From: Vicugna vicugna
Lineage: Eukaryota
NCBI GenBank assembly: GCA_013265495.1
Contig: MU058000.1
Span: 2,046,001 to 2,110,000, forward strand
Length of the DNA: 64,000 nucleotides
Direction of reading: 5' to 3'
The translations under genes were made by a program, and so were the position numbers. Below the pieces are notes generated by a model that did not search any database, was not told the DNA's origin, and saw nothing but the letters and a program-made list of their open reading frames with translations. This document shows positions 26,263 to 40,459 of this stretch, piece after piece (the stretch's first letter is position 1; the number at the start of each line of letters is the position of its first letter).

Positions 26263-27455
26263 TTTTTTATTTATTTATTTATTTATTTTTATTGAAGTAT
26301 ATAGTCCATTACAATGTGTCAATTTCTGGTATATAGCATAATGTTTCAGTCATACATATACATACATATATTTGTTTTCATACTCTTTTTCATTATAGGT
26401 TACTGCAAGATATTGAATACAGCTCCCTGTGCTATACAAAAGAAATTTTAACCTATTTTATATACAGTAGTCAGTATTTGCATCTCACACTCCCAATTTA
26501 TCCCTTCTACCCCCTTTCCCACTGGTTACCATAAGTTTGTTTACCATGTGAGTCTGTCTCTTTTTTTTATTTTTATTTTTTTTAAGATTCCACATATGAG
26601 TGATATCATGGCATTTTTCTCTCTTTCTGGCTTACTTCACTTAGAATGACAATCTCCAGATCCAACCTTGCTGCTGCAAATGGCATTATTTTATTATTTT
26701 TTATGACTGAGTAGTATTCCATTGTGTAAGTATACTACAACTTCTTTATCCGGTCATCTGTCGATGGACATTTAGGTTGTTTTCACGTCTTGGCTGTTGT
26801 ATATAGTGCTGCTATGAACATTGGGATGCATGTATCTTTTCAAATTATAGTTCTCTCCAGCTATATGGCCAGAAGTGGGATTGCTGGATCATATGGTAAG
26901 TCTATGTTTAGTTTTTTGAGGAATCTCCATACAGTTTTCCATAATGGCTGCACCAAACTGCATTCCCACCAACAGTGTAGGAGGGTTTTTCTTTTCTCCA
27001 TGCCTTTTCCAACAGTTATTGTTTGTGGACTTTTTAATGATGGCCATTCTGACTGGTGTGAGGTAATAAAACCTCATTGTAGTTTTGATTTGCCTTTCTT
27101 TGATAATTAGCGACATTAAGTATTTTTTCATGTGCATATGTGCCGTTTGTATGTCTTCATTGGAGAATTGCTTGTTTAGATCTTCTGCCTATTTTGGACT
27201 AGGTTGCTTTTGTTTTTGTTGTTGTTATTATTAAAGTTATATGAATTGTTTATATATTCTGGAAATTAAACCTTTGCAAAAACCAGTCGCATCATTTGCA
27301 AATATTTTCTCTCATTCTGTAGGTTGTTGCTTTATTTTGCTTGTAATTTCCTTTGCTGTGCAAAAGCTTATAAATTTAATTAGTTCCCATTTGTTTATTT
27401 TTGCTTTTATTTCCATTGCCTGGATAGACTGCCCTTGGAGAACATTGCTAAGATT
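26228..27455 (-). mobile_element. Younger lineage-specific L1, 5'-truncated: ORF2 C-terminus, 3' UTR and (TAAA)n tail
   Basis: Minus-strand peptide [42 protein letters not shown] matches the L1 ORF2 C-terminal region, with frameshifts; (TTTA)n tail at 26228-26290; tttt/aa endonuclease-type site just beyond the 5' junction. Confidence 0.95.
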
Positions 27456-28299
27456 GTTGTTTGTTTTAAAGCCTTTTCACACCTGGTTAAATTGATACGT
27501 AAATACCAATACCAGTCATCTGAGATTTAATTTTGTAAAAACATCCTATATTATCCCAAAGTAGGCAAGACTGACTGTCAAAGAATGTAGCATATAGAAC
27601 CCTCTTTCTTCCCCTCTTCTACCCAATTCACACTTCTTTGCCAATTTTAAAAGCCACAAGATTTTATATACTTCCACTTACCAAAAACTACTCTTTGAAC
27701 AGCATTCTAGGAACATACTTAATTAATGTCATGGTCATTTATTAAGCATCTACTATGTGAGAGTTGTAGGGGAAAATATGTCTTGTATTTGAAAGAAGAA
27801 AACTTAAAAGATTGTATTTTCTGTGACAACTTGCACTTCAGTAGACCCAAAGACCTAATTTGGTTTACGTCAAAGCAACAGTGTTCAAGTTGCTGCATCT
27901 TAGGCATTGACACACCATGTAGAAAAGTGTTTTGTGTGACAAGGACTCTCTTTGCTGATAACTCAGGAATCATGAGTGGTAGATTGGAAACGAGTCTACA
28001 GATGCACTAGGGCAGCATTAGGATGCACTCGTGTGAGGTCAGCCCAGGGAAGCTCCACTTGTACCCACATCTCTGTACTTGTCCAAACCCAGATGAAGAG
28101 GTACACAGTTTTCCCACATTCTTTTTTGTCCACCCATCCTCAGAGAAATGCCCATGTTTTGATAATATTAATCACTACCCATTCTCTCCTCATGGTTTAA
28201 GCTCCAGTTAGATCATCTCCCTAGTTATCATTGAAAGAGATTAAATAAAAATAAAATAAATTTTATTTGAACACTTATCAGAACAAAATTTTATAGAAA

Positions 28300-28510
28300 T
28301 TATTTCCTTCCTTTTTGACTTATTCATATGTTCAACAAATATTTGTTAACTTTGTACCATGTCAGGTGCCAGGCACTCCTCTAAGGCCTGAGACTAGGAA
28401 GAAGACAAAGTCCCTGCCTCTTGGTAGAATCTTTCTTCAGGAGGAGTCAGACAATAAAGAAGGATTTACACAGATTTTACTTTTGCAATATAATAGGTAC
28501 AATAAGAAAA
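28300..28510 (-). mobile_element. L2 3' end
   Basis: ttcaacaaatatttgtt..gtgccaggcactcctctaaggc..agacaaagtccctgcctc. Confidence 0.8.
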
Positions 28511-28789
28511 ATAAATCAAGTTTATAATTTTAGTGATCATGTATCTATTAAGGATACCTTACTTTAGGCTCTGTTCCACACCCAAAGGCTAAGAATGGTC
28601 TATTTAAATCTTCCATGTCTAGCATATGTACTAGAACCTATAGGCATCCAACTAATACCTTATGAAATAAATTTCATGAGTTTGCAAGAAAGGAAAAGGG
28701 TTATTTTGCCTCACTGGTTGAGGGATGGCTTCTTTTATCAAGTACAGAGCACTTGTATATTCATTTATTAAGTCATTCATAAAAAATTT

Positions 28790-28960
28790 TAAAGACTCAG
28801 TGTTTAGGAAAGGAGTGGTCAACTGTTTCAGATGCTACTGAGGGAGCTAAAGATTGAAAAGGATCCATGAGATATGACATTTTAGGGGTTTAAGGTGATC
28901 CTTACAAGAATAAATTCAGTGGTTTTGTGGAGACAAGAACCATGTTGGAATGAAACATGT
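28790..28960 (-). mobile_element. L2 internal fragment
   Basis: ggagtggtcaactgtttcagatgctactgag..ggtgatccttacaagaa..ttcagtgg. Confidence 0.7.
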
Positions 28961-28974
28961 TTTAGGGAACAATA

Positions 28975-29780
28975 GGAGATCATCTCATATTCAGCAGATG
29001 GATAAAAACACAGAGAGTGAAACAAAACCAAATACTGAAGAGGATGTAGAGACACTAAAATTTCCTTACCCTGATATCAGGGGTATAAATTGGTGCATAA
29101 TTTCAGACTATGTAATATAGTTCAGGCCATGCACATATTTCAAATCCCGGTATTCCACATCAAGAGTATAAGCCCTAGAAATTTTTTTAAGATGTACACA
29201 AGGAAAATATATAAATATTTCTTGGAGAACCATTAGTATAAAATGTTAACAAAAATACATCTTGAAATATGCTATTTAGCAAAAAATAAGTTGCAGAGTT
29301 GTATCATTTATATAGAATTTTAAAATATACATAATAGACACATACATAGTAACAGGGTACAAACAGGCATACATGCAGTAGCATCAGTCTTAGAATAGTT
29401 TCTACCAGAGTGAATAAAGAGATAGGATTATAGGAGAACAAGAGACTTCACTGTATGTGAAATGTTCTATTTCTAAAAAAAGAAGAAAGGAAGGATGGAA
29501 AGAAGGAAGGAGGGGGAGGGAAGTAGGGAAAGGCAGAAAGAAAAGAAGAAAAAAAAGAGGAAAAAGAGAAGTGACATTGATAAAATGTTAAGATCTGTTA
29601 AAACTAGTTAGTTGAGTACATGAGTTGAAGATAAATATATACGTACACACGTCATTCTATTACATACATTCAAATATATGTCATTCTAATATATATATAT
29701 AGTATCTTTTATACATATGTGCTATTCTGTTATTCTCTAACTTTACTGTATATTTGAAATATTTTATCACAAAAAGAATG
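28975..29780 (+). mobile_element. Old L1ME-like 3' region with an internal purine-rich tract (29478-29570)
   Basis: ccaaatactgaagaggatgtagag, gggtataaattggtgca, ctttactgtatatttgaaatattt. Confidence 0.65.
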
Positions 29781-30854
29781 GCGATAAAAAATCAGACACA
29801 ACATGTATAGATAGTAACTTCTAGGCCCCTTGGACTTGGGGCCCAGTGACTGATTGACCAGAGAAGATGATGAGGAAGATAGAGCAGTAAAGCAGCAAGA
29901 CTCCAGCATCAAAATGTAGGGGATTAGTCCTCTGGAGTGGGTTTGTGGGAAAGTATCTCCGCCTCCTCCTGGTCATGAGGTACGTAAACTGTAGGAAGAA
30001 AATGTGGTCTGCTCCATGAGGAAATGCTATTTTCAGGGGATGGCTGTTTCAGGTAAAGCAAAGATGTAGATCAAGCATTTAGAGAAGGTACTGAGGACAT
30101 GGGATAGGTGACATGTGGATAATTAACATATTTTCTGAGAATTTAGCCATTGTAATCGTTCAAGGCAGATTTGTTCGCAAAACACATTTGGCAGGAAAAA
30201 CTGCCTGAGAAAATGGGCGAAAGGCAAAGCAAAGCAAAACAGCAAACCAAATACACACCAGGTCAGGACGGTTATTTTTTTTATAACATAATTTTGAATA
30301 TTAGAATTGAAATAAAGGATAGGAAATGTTCTTAGAAAACTATAGACCCAGTCAGCAGAGAGCAGGACCAGCTCTCTTTAGCACGCATCTGGTCACTGTT
30401 ATCGGACCACTAGGTGTGACCCTTACAGTCTTTGTCCTCATTTCTCCTATTGGAAGAGGAAAACACACCATGTAAAGTTCAATTTAAGTAAAAGCTGAAA
30501 CAACCTACATGAATATCAAATGCATAGCACTTTCCCATGACTAAAATTTGAACATGAAACAACACATATGCAGGCAGTAAGCAAAATAATATGGCTGCTA
30601 GTCTGGGCATTTTGATCATTAAAAGTAGTCTGTTTGACTGAACTGTTTTGATAGGATTTGATACTTTGGTAGCCTTAGCTATTTGATCATAATTCTTTAA
30701 TTCCTAAGCTCAGTTGGGCCTCTAGGAAAGTCTACTCTCCAAATATTCACAAGCAGATACTAATGGAAATCTATGTGTCCTGGAGAGCCACTGGCCTAGA
30801 TGTCCACAGTGTCTCATGAACTGGAATTACTGTAATTATTTCACAAATTAAGTG

Positions 30855-31080
30855 GAGATAATAGTAACATGTTACTTGCTATAATGTATTGACTGCTATG
30901 CTAAACACGCATTATCTTATTGAATCCTTATAAACTTACCAGTTATATACAGTTCTTCCAATTCATAAAGGAGGCAAAAAATAGATAAGAGCACATTCCC
31001 GAAATGGCAGAGCTAGTAAGACTCTGAGTTGGGAATTGAACACATGTCTTTCTAACGCTAAACCCAAGCTCAATGCTATT
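30855..31080 (-). mobile_element. MIR SINE
   Basis: attatcttattgaatcct..cagagctagtaag..gggaattgaacacatgtct. Confidence 0.65.
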
Positions 31081-32838
31081 CTACATTTATTTTTTCAGTC
31101 TCTGAAGCAAGATGAGTAAAGGAAAACTATTTAACATTTTATACAAATAGTTAAGTAAAATTCCTGGGAACAATTTTTACTGACCATTGCAACAATCAGA
31201 GGCAAAGTTATTGACATTGCTAGATATGTTGATGAAATTTCTGATAGCTCTGCAAGGCAAATAAGAATACATAATCTTAAAAGGAAGTGCAGTCCCTGGC
31301 TCAACTTTCTTCTTTACAATTGATTTTGACATTGTTTTTATAAGTATGCCTTGTTCTGTAAGTACTGCAGCCATCATTGGCTGAAAGTAATACAAATATG
31401 ACTGGACCTCTGATTAGAAGATGGTAATATTCCCAAAATTAAGGGAACTTTTCCAGAGGGGCCAACCAGCTATGAAGACAGTCTCTCAATGGACATAGTT
31501 AAAAGCCAATTAAAAACAGTAAGCAAAATTTAAAATAAGCCAATATCTCTATGCATATGAATTGGCAGTTGATGAGGTGATTTGTTTCTTCCCAATTTGT
31601 GTAATGTGATAATGCCAGCACAGTCGTGGCATCACTAAAAGAAATTGGATGGCACACCTACTTAGCTCCCCTACAAACCCACTGCAAGGTTTTCGTAGGG
31701 CTTAATTTTCACATAACACTGCTTAACATGTAATGTACGCCATGCTCTTTATTTAGGCCCTGGCAGGTAGAGTCTGTGTTGAGAAGGCAGAAGAGTTAAA
31801 AGCATGACAGAAGGTGTTACTAGGCATATCTAAATTCATGCCTTATACACAAAGTCCGCAGAATGCTCAAATTAGAAAACAAACAAACAAAAAAACTCAT
31901 CTAGCAAGAAAGAACATTATAACCATGCCCAGATACTTCACGTGTGAGAACCTGGAGAAAGAAGACAATTTTATTCAAAGTAACAGAGTGCAAAAATAAG
32001 CTCAAGAGCTTGAGTTCCTGATAACAGACCTCCCCTAAGTAGATTCCAGGTGTCAGTCACTGTAACTCAGTCACGGCTGAAGGCAATGAATCTCTTAAAA
32101 AGAGTGAGTCCTGAACAATCCTTTATACCTGAAAACAGACACACAATAGATCCTTTATAACAGCAGTAGCAGTTAGAGTGGTTGTAACATTAGTAATAGT
32201 AATGACATACATCCATGATGCTTTTAGGTGGAAAGTGTATATGTCAGATGCAAAAATATTATCTTTAATAACTGAAATCTTCTGGGATTAGACAGGGATA
32301 CTCAAAAATGCATGAGTCTGTAGCCTGGGGATTTACTATTGATTATGTTTTTTAATCTTCTCTGGCCCATGTTCTTCAGAGTATTCTATCTGTGCCTAAA
32401 ATTTAGACCCTAGAGTGTTATAAATGTTGTGAAGGGAGTACTTTATTTGATTTGGGAAAAATAGAAAGCATTGCTCTTCTTATGATTTGTAAGCATTAAT
32501 TTTTACTGCTTAGTTGGGAGAATGATTCAGTTTTTGGGTTGATTTATCTATTTTATGGGCTGCTATAATGGGGGATGTGTTTTCTGGTTGGAGATATCTT
32601 TATAGTGAGTTAACCTTCTTCTAAAGTGTATGCTGAGATACTGTTCTAGTCTTGAACTAGTATCTGAGTCCATAAATTTGCTCAATGAGATAACAGTAAA
32701 GGGAGGGCAATGAAGTGGCAAAATATAGCAAAAACTATGCCTAAATAAAAATAATATTTTGGCATAAACTTCAATTGTTTACCAATTTTGTAGTTCTATA
32801 TTTGCCTGATGATTAATTTCCCAAGGACATGAATGTTC

Positions 32839-33157
32839 TGTTAAGGATAGTATTTGTGCCCCCCCTGAAATCCCTGTGTTGAAGCCATAACCATCAATAT
32901 TATGGTATTTGGAGACGGGGCTTTTGAGAGGTAATATGGGTTACATGAGGTCATGAGGATGGAGACCTCAGGATAGTATTAGTACCTCACATTGTATATT
33001 AGTGCCATCTGCAAGTTCGGAAGCTCTCACCAGAATCCAGCCGTGTTGGCACCCTGATCTCAGGCTTTCAGCCTCTAGAATTTTGAGAAAATAAATTTTT
33101 ATTTTTAAGCCACCCAGTATATGGCCATTTTTTATGACAGCTCAGGCAGACTAAGGT
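32839..33157 (+). mobile_element. MLT1A-like MaLR solo LTR with an internal deletion
   Basis: ggtatttggagacggggcttttgagaggtaat, atgaggtcatgagg, ggcaccctgatctca, tttaagccacccagt, gcagactaag. Confidence 0.85.
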
Positions 33158-36054
33158 ATGTCCCTAAGTGGATAAAAAGAGTTAACTAGTAAACAACATG
33201 GTCACATTTGTGGCTAGCAGAGCATCTCAACTGAGTTTACTTGTTGGTGGCTCCTTAGAGTTTATCTGTTGCCACCAAAACCTCACCATCCCCTCACCCT
33301 GACTGCTTCCCCATACCACAGCTGAGGTTTCTGGTTTCCGAAAATCTTTTTTTCGAGTCTCAGAGGTTTTGGCCTTCATAAATTTAAGTAACCTTCATAG
33401 TGAGGTAATTAAGATGTGCTTTTGTAGATTCAGCATGAAAAGTTTATGTAATCAGAGGAACTACTCACATTGTAGCCATCATAAAACTGTATGCATTGCC
33501 TAGTAAATATTATAGAGTATATCTGACTGTTGAATACTCACCCTGAAAATCTGGACTGTAAACGTGTGCCTACTACTTTGAAATATACCTCTGAGCCTCT
33601 GCTAATGGCTTCTAAGAACACATCTCAACTAAATAAAGGAAGATATCACAGCACACAATCCATAAGGAATCTTAGCTGCTGGATGAATTCAGTAATTTGT
33701 CCTTAAGAAGGAAAAATAAGATCCAGTTGCCAAAGTCGAAAAGTGGCCATTTAAGTAACAAGATGTGAGCAAAAAAACCTATATAAATAAGGATGGAAGT
33801 TGAAGATAGTTTCTTTTAAAAAGTTAAGAAAGAAGAGCTATTTCTGAATGCGTGTGTCTGATGTAAATGTATCCTTACTAAGGACATTTCAAAGAGCAGT
33901 CATAGTGAGGTACTTTACCTGAGCCCCCATCACTTCCTTAAAGTAGAATTTGTAGGCACTTGAGGAATTTATGATCAAAATAGTAATGAATTTGAATTGG
34001 ACTCAAAGTGAAGGATCACAAAGTCATTATCCACTAGTAAATGTGAAATGGTGTTTCTACTAAGAATCAGAACAACAGAGCAACTTAATTTTAATAATGA
34101 GTATTGAAAAACATGTTTATTATAATAAGAAAATCAAATAGTACAGTTACTGGAATGAAATTGATTTTAAACATTAATTTCATTCTAGCCTAATCTGTGG
34201 TTAGAGAGTAGCCAATATAATTTTATTTAAGCAGAGAGAAACTGATCTAAGGCATAATAAATAATGTTGACTTTGTGAACAATAATAGAACACGTTGAAA
34301 AATAATACTTGGATGATTGTTACAAAACAGTAATTTTAATAAGATATATTTAGCCAGTGGTGTTATCGATGGTATTATCAATAGCAGTTGTGTAGCTGTT
34401 GGATAATTTTATTTCTATTCCATCTTATAAAGAACAGAAGAAGGCATTTCTTATTGGAGTATTTATTTAAATATGATCCATTTCTTTTGACATTACAGGG
34501 AATTGGATTGCCTTTTTGAAAAATAGGATTAACAAATGAATCATTTAATAATCATTTATCGTTTATGTATAAAACATTAAATAATTAACTGAACTTGAGA
34601 TGACTTCTTTACAAATAAAATTGACATTAAAATTGATGAATGGCTGCAATAGGAAATGTGTACCTTATTTATGAAATCTTACAAAGGACAAGAAGAGTAT
34701 GAAGTATATTTGAAATTATTATGTTAATTATTTAGTGAAAGTTGACATAGGATGCTGTGTTATCAGTACAGTGTAAGACAGCCAATTCCTTGGGATTTCT
34801 TTACAGTAGGTAATCTATGCATGACAAGCGTAAATGGACAATAACTGTTATTAGCTGCATGAACACTCACCAAAGTGATAATCAACTCCTGTAGTTACGG
34901 TTTTACAGTCATTTGCATACTAGACTCATCTTGATATAAAAATTATAGATGAAACAGGCTGAATTTAGTGTATTTCCTTAAACTTGATTGTTTTGGGATG
35001 ATCTTTAAGATTTTGTCCAAGCATATTTTATGTAACCTCCACAATAAGTTTATCATTTCTTAAGATAGTTTACTTGATGTCATAGATTTCATGGATAGTA
35101 ATTCCTTTCTATAGTAATTTAGTCTAATGAGTTTTAATATCCTCTGCAGTTACATGTTAGGATTAAGACAAAATTGGCCCTTTAATTTTTACATTTTGTG
35201 ATGATATCTGTTTTCTACATATATGTTATCAGCAGTAAATAATTTATTTTGGTTCTTCAGGGACAAAATAAGACATTTAACCCACATATATAATTTCCTT
35301 CTCTGTGATTCCAAAGAAAAAGTTCTCAAGGATGACATACAGAGCAGAATAAAATAACTAGAAATTATTATAAAAAGGATAAACGATGACATGCTCGTTT
35401 TATCTTGTAATTTATTTTAATCTATTTTATATTTTAATTTATAAATTTATAAGTATGATATATTTATTTGTAATATCTGTATATTTTAATTTTAAAATTG
35501 TTTAACTTGAAAAATAAGTATTTTTGAACATGAAAATTGAAACTTTACTTGGTCAAAATAATTTGTATTGCACACCACTTTAGGGAGGAGATAGTATAAT
35601 TTCTTAGTTTCACAAATAGAAAAACTTAGCTTCTTAGTCACTGTTCATCTTTTTAATATTTTTGTAAACATTGCCCATTCTGGAAAATATAAACCCACTA
35701 ATCAGTGGGAAAATCACTTTTCCGGTAAAAAGCGCTGGAAATTCAGCCTGCAGTGAAAACGGCACAAAATGTTTAAGCTGTAAAAGTTAAGATGCTACAG
35801 CCAGAGGGGTATTTAAGTTATAGAGAAAGACGTCCATGTTGACCCAATAGGAAATCATTTTTAGTGCACATATAGTATCCTATGTATTTAATCAAGCAGA
35901 AAGTAAACTCCCGGACACAGAGTGAAACACAAGTGGTATGCAAATACAAGCTATTATAGCATAAGAAATTAGAGGTGGGTGTTTAATAGCGAACACTGGG
36001 AGAACAATCCCCTTTATATAGGACATGTTTTTAAAAATGTATTTAAAAATTGGA

Positions 36055-38420
36055 AATCTGGGCATCAGGTTCAAGATGGTAGAGTGACACAGACAAATGG
36101 CTTTTTTGCTCCCAACTGAAATCACAGCAAATATATATTAAATAGAATATATCCAATGTTATGCACAGAATGAACAGTAGAAACCACTAGCAGAATAGGA
36201 ATAGAATTTCAATAAATGACAACCTACTGAATAGAGAAAATCACAGCCCAGAAAATGTTTGGAAATTTTCTTCACTGTCCAAAAAAGTCCTGCTAAGCTT
36301 CAAACCTATGTTCTTGTGTTGCCAGGGGTGGAGAACAGCTATATACATCATTCAACATTATTATAAATAAAATATATTATAAAGAATGTACTCATTAGCT
36401 GTTGAGTTGATTATGATTTCCAGGAAACAGCTGGGTTAGTCGACTCTCCTCAGTACACTTGTAGATCTGCCTAATGGTTACAGTCTTTTTTGGCCTAAGC
36501 TAAACATGTACTCATATCATAAAGATACTGAAATGATTAGGGCTGGAATTTTCTTTTCTTTTCTTTTCCTTTTTTTTTTTTTTTTTTTTTTTTCTGGTCT
36601 AAGAAGACACAAAAACCTTCATGCCTACATTTTTTTCCACAAATCTGAAAGTGAGGACTGATGGCATTGAAACAAAATCTCTACCATAATCAACCAAATT
36701 CCTCAAAATTGTATTGGACAAATATTTGAGAACACCAATAAAACAAGGGTAAAGGGCGATGATAAACAATAGGATAACCAATCATAGTGACCGAAAGTTA
36801 TCAAGCAACTAGAAGATACTTTTTTAAAAAACTCTAATAAATATCCTAAGAGAGGTTCAAACTGATGTTTTATTCTACTAAAGAAGCACTCTGCCATGAA
36901 AGGTGATAAAATAAAACAGTACGTTTTGGGGAATTAAAACTACATGTGTAAATAAAAAATTCATTAAAGGGTTAAATAAGATATGGTTCAGAAATAGTCC
37001 AAATTATATTTTACAAATTAAAGGAATTTTCTTTTCCAAGCATGGTGGAATAATGGGAAGAGATTTGATGCTGAGCAAAAAGACCTGAGACATGGAAGCT
37101 GAGTGATTCCTAGCTCACACAGGGTATCAAGGCATTAAATTCTAGGCAGTCCAAGTGAAAAGTCCTCACTGATCACTCAGAGCATTTAGCAGAGACCCTA
37201 GAAGGGTGACACCTTAGTAGTGGGGTTCAGCTATGTTCTGCTAGATCTGCTGTAAGGTACGCAAGATCTGGCCAACAAAGCTTAAAAGTAAACTTCAAAA
37301 GGAAAAAAAATTGAACCACAAGTTTAGTGGACTGAATGTTTGGGTTCCCTCAAAATTGATATGCTGAAGTCTAATCCCCAGTGTGATAGTATTTCGTTGT
37401 GGATCCTTTGGGAGGCCATTCTATCATGAGGATGGAACCTTCATGAATGAAATTAGTGCCCTTATTAGAAGAGATGAGAGAGCTAACTGGCGTGCTTTCC
37501 ACCATGTGAAGATACAGCAAGAAGACAGCCATCTGCAAGCAGGAGGAGTGCTCTCTTCAGACACTGACACCTTGATCTTGGACTTCCCAGCTTTTGGAAT
37601 TGTGAGAAATGAATGTACATTGTTGATAAGCCACTAGATTTATGGTATTTTGTTTTAGCAGTTCAAACTGACTAAGAAAAAAATAACAAACTATCAAAAA
37701 AAAGTTCAATTTTCTTTAAAGAGACAGAAGAATATTCAGCACCTAACAACATAAAGTTCACAATGTTGAACGTCCAGTAAAACAAGGGGAAAGTCAATTG
37801 TTAAAACCAGTTCCAAAAATGACTGGCTGATAGCATAAATAGACAGGATATTGAAACTGTTATTACCACATTCACATATTTAAAGGAAAAGATGAACAAC
37901 TAGTGAAGTAAAAGTTAAAAAACTAAAAGAACTTCTAGACATGAAAATTTAAATATTATTTAAAAATTAATTGGATGAGATTAGTAACAGATTAGGCAGT
38001 GCAATAGAGTGGGAAACTTGAAGACATAGCAATATATATTAGCTGATGAGAAGCACAGGGAAAATTTTAAAAATGAAGATATTTATGAGCCAATATAAAG
38101 CATTTTAACATACCTGAAATAGGAGTTGCCAGAGGTGAAGACTTAGGAAATATACATACATACATACCTATGTATACATTTGTAAAAATTAAGACACTGT
38201 TTTCTGAACTTTGATGAAAACAATAAACCCACAGATCTAAGAAGCTTAAAGAAGGCAAGTAGACAAAAACAAACAAAAACCCTGTAAGACAGTTTCTAAT
38301 TAAACTCCTAATAACCAACAAGGAAAAATATTAAAGATAAAATAAAATCTTAAAAAAATCCAAAGAAAGCAGGGAAAAGAACATAAAATAATAAATTGAA
38401 CGGAAAATTATTGATTGATG
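36055..38420 (+). mobile_element. Old L1M 5' UTR/ORF1 remnants, interrupted by an MLT1A LTR
   Basis: ttcaagatggtagagtga start-like motif; cagcacctaacaacataaagttcacaatg; aacttgaagacatagcaata; ataaacccacagatctaagaagct. Confidence 0.65.
37323..37678 (+). mobile_element. MLT1A0-like MaLR solo LTR
   Basis: tggactgaatgtttg, attagtgcccttat, ccatgtgaagatacagcaagaag, caccttgatcttggacttcccagc, actgactaaga. Confidence 0.9.
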
Positions 38421-40427
38421 TGAACATAAAATTCTGGCTTTTTTTTTTTTTTAACTTGGACGTTTCCCAGGAACTGGCTGGAGCTTGGATAGCAGAGCCT
38501 CTGTTCTTGAGGGACTTGAAATACACTAAAATACTGGGTTTAATTTAAGGCTCTGGGGTTTAAAATAAAGTGTGAGACTCTTGGAGTGAGGGAGCTTCTC
38601 AGCATGAGCCAAATTTAGTAATAATTTAGAAAGGATGAACCACAAAGGGTTCCAAAGCTTTGTGTAAATAAGCAAACATGATCTCTGATACTTATTCTAA
38701 CTTCTTTATTTTGGAAATTTCCCAAGAACAGCCTCTTCTGGGAGACTACTAGCATTTACTAACTCAGTGGTGGTGAGAAAAATCATGAGCATCTGATTGC
38801 CATGTGACCTGCTTAGCTGTTAGCCCAAATTGTCATCACCACAAAGTTTTCCAGTGTTTTCAGTTCACGGTAACTCAGGTTTCAAGTTTGTTGAAAATAA
38901 TTCAAGTCTTCTTTGTAAATTTATTTTCTACTAATATGATGTGTCTTAAACTGTTTTCCTTTTTACTGTGCCTGCTTTCTCAGTAGGAACTGTTCTGTGA
39001 GACTTCCAACAAAATCATTTTTTAATCACATTTGTAATGCCTTTCTGGAGTTGGGGAATAGCAGACATTGAACAGATTGACTTCAAGGTGAAGGGGAAAA
39101 CCAAGGCTCTGCTTCCCTTATAGCAACCACGGGGTACATTCCTTCCATAATGATATTTTCAGATTTTCTGCACTTATAAGTAATACTGCCTCACACCAGG
39201 CATTCGCACTGGGGTAGTCTTTCTCCAACCGATGGAGCACATTCTTCTCCACGTGGTATTCAATAATCCAGCACTTAATTATTTATTTCTACTAGTAAAT
39301 TATAACTCAGATTTAATAGTGTCTGTGAGTAAAAAAAAAAAAAGTCGAGCTTCAATTAGTCCCTTCATAAAGGATAACTTTGGTAGTATAAATAATATGT
39401 AACATTTGTGTTAGATGCATGATATAAACAACAGTTTAAGGAATGAACTCATTTTATATGCTAGCTTAAATTAAGAAATATGAGAGTGAGATATAGGTAG
39501 ATAAAAAGATAGATAGATGGATAGATAGAGTATAAACATGAAACTGAACTGGCAAGTTTTCACTCTGTGAAATGTAACGTATCATGAAAGACGAACTAAG
39601 TAAAAGCAAACTCAAAATTTTAACTCTTGTTAAAAAAAATTCATTGACACTGAGACTTTACTGACATTACTATATTCTGATGTCTGTGAAAGAGAACTAA
39701 TGGTTTTGGAAGACTGACTCTGCCTTGGACATGGTGAGAAAGGAAGGGGCTGAGAGGCAGATTAGATCAAAGGAGGAGGATGGGAAGTTCTGGAAACACT
39801 GACTCTTAGGAAATCAAGAACCTCAGTGAGGAGACAAACTCTAAAGTCCATGACGTGGGGAGTAAATTATATTCATGGTTGTTATTATTTTTTTACAACA
39901 TTCTGATACTAAAAATTTGAAGAATATTGAGGTTCATAAATGAGCAATTACTTGAAGTTTACAGCAAAGGAAAATGCAGTCCTGTTACCTAAATTTATGA
40001 ATGAGGAAATTCCAAAAGTTATAATTCTAGACATACATTAGAGTAAAAGGAATTTTTTAAATTAAGAAATGTTAACAGAACTAGTAAAGGGGAATACAGG
40101 CAGTATATAGACAGAACTGATACTTCTGGTTTAATTTTTTTTAATAGTGTTTTGAATAAATGGCATAATTGCTCTATCTCCTTTTGTACTTAAAGGCAGT
40201 AATATATGGGGGAAAATTAAATACTTTACCTTGTCTCTTTCAGTGTTTTATAAACTCCTTGTGATCAGAGATCATTTGATGTGAATTTGATTACTTTCAT
40301 CGTAGGCCAAGCAGGTACTATCTTCTGTCTTGTGGGATATGGGTTGTCATATAGGCGGTTAAGAAATGATAAACCAAACAGTAAGTGATAGTTTCTAACC
40401 TCTTCATAGGACTCACACAGTAGTGGC

Positions 40428-40459
40428 AAAAAACAAACAAACAAACAAACAAACAAACA
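40428..40459. repeat. (AAAC)n microsatellite
   Basis: Read directly from the sequence. Confidence 0.9.

Noticed and set aside
30405..30420. ccactaggtgtgac, a partial CTCF motif (also ccaccaggcagcag near 42387)
   Set aside because: Mismatches at the high-information GGC positions
40230..40390. Exon-like segment with splice motifs on both strands
   Set aside because: Stops in the frames tested and no convincing acceptor-donor pair
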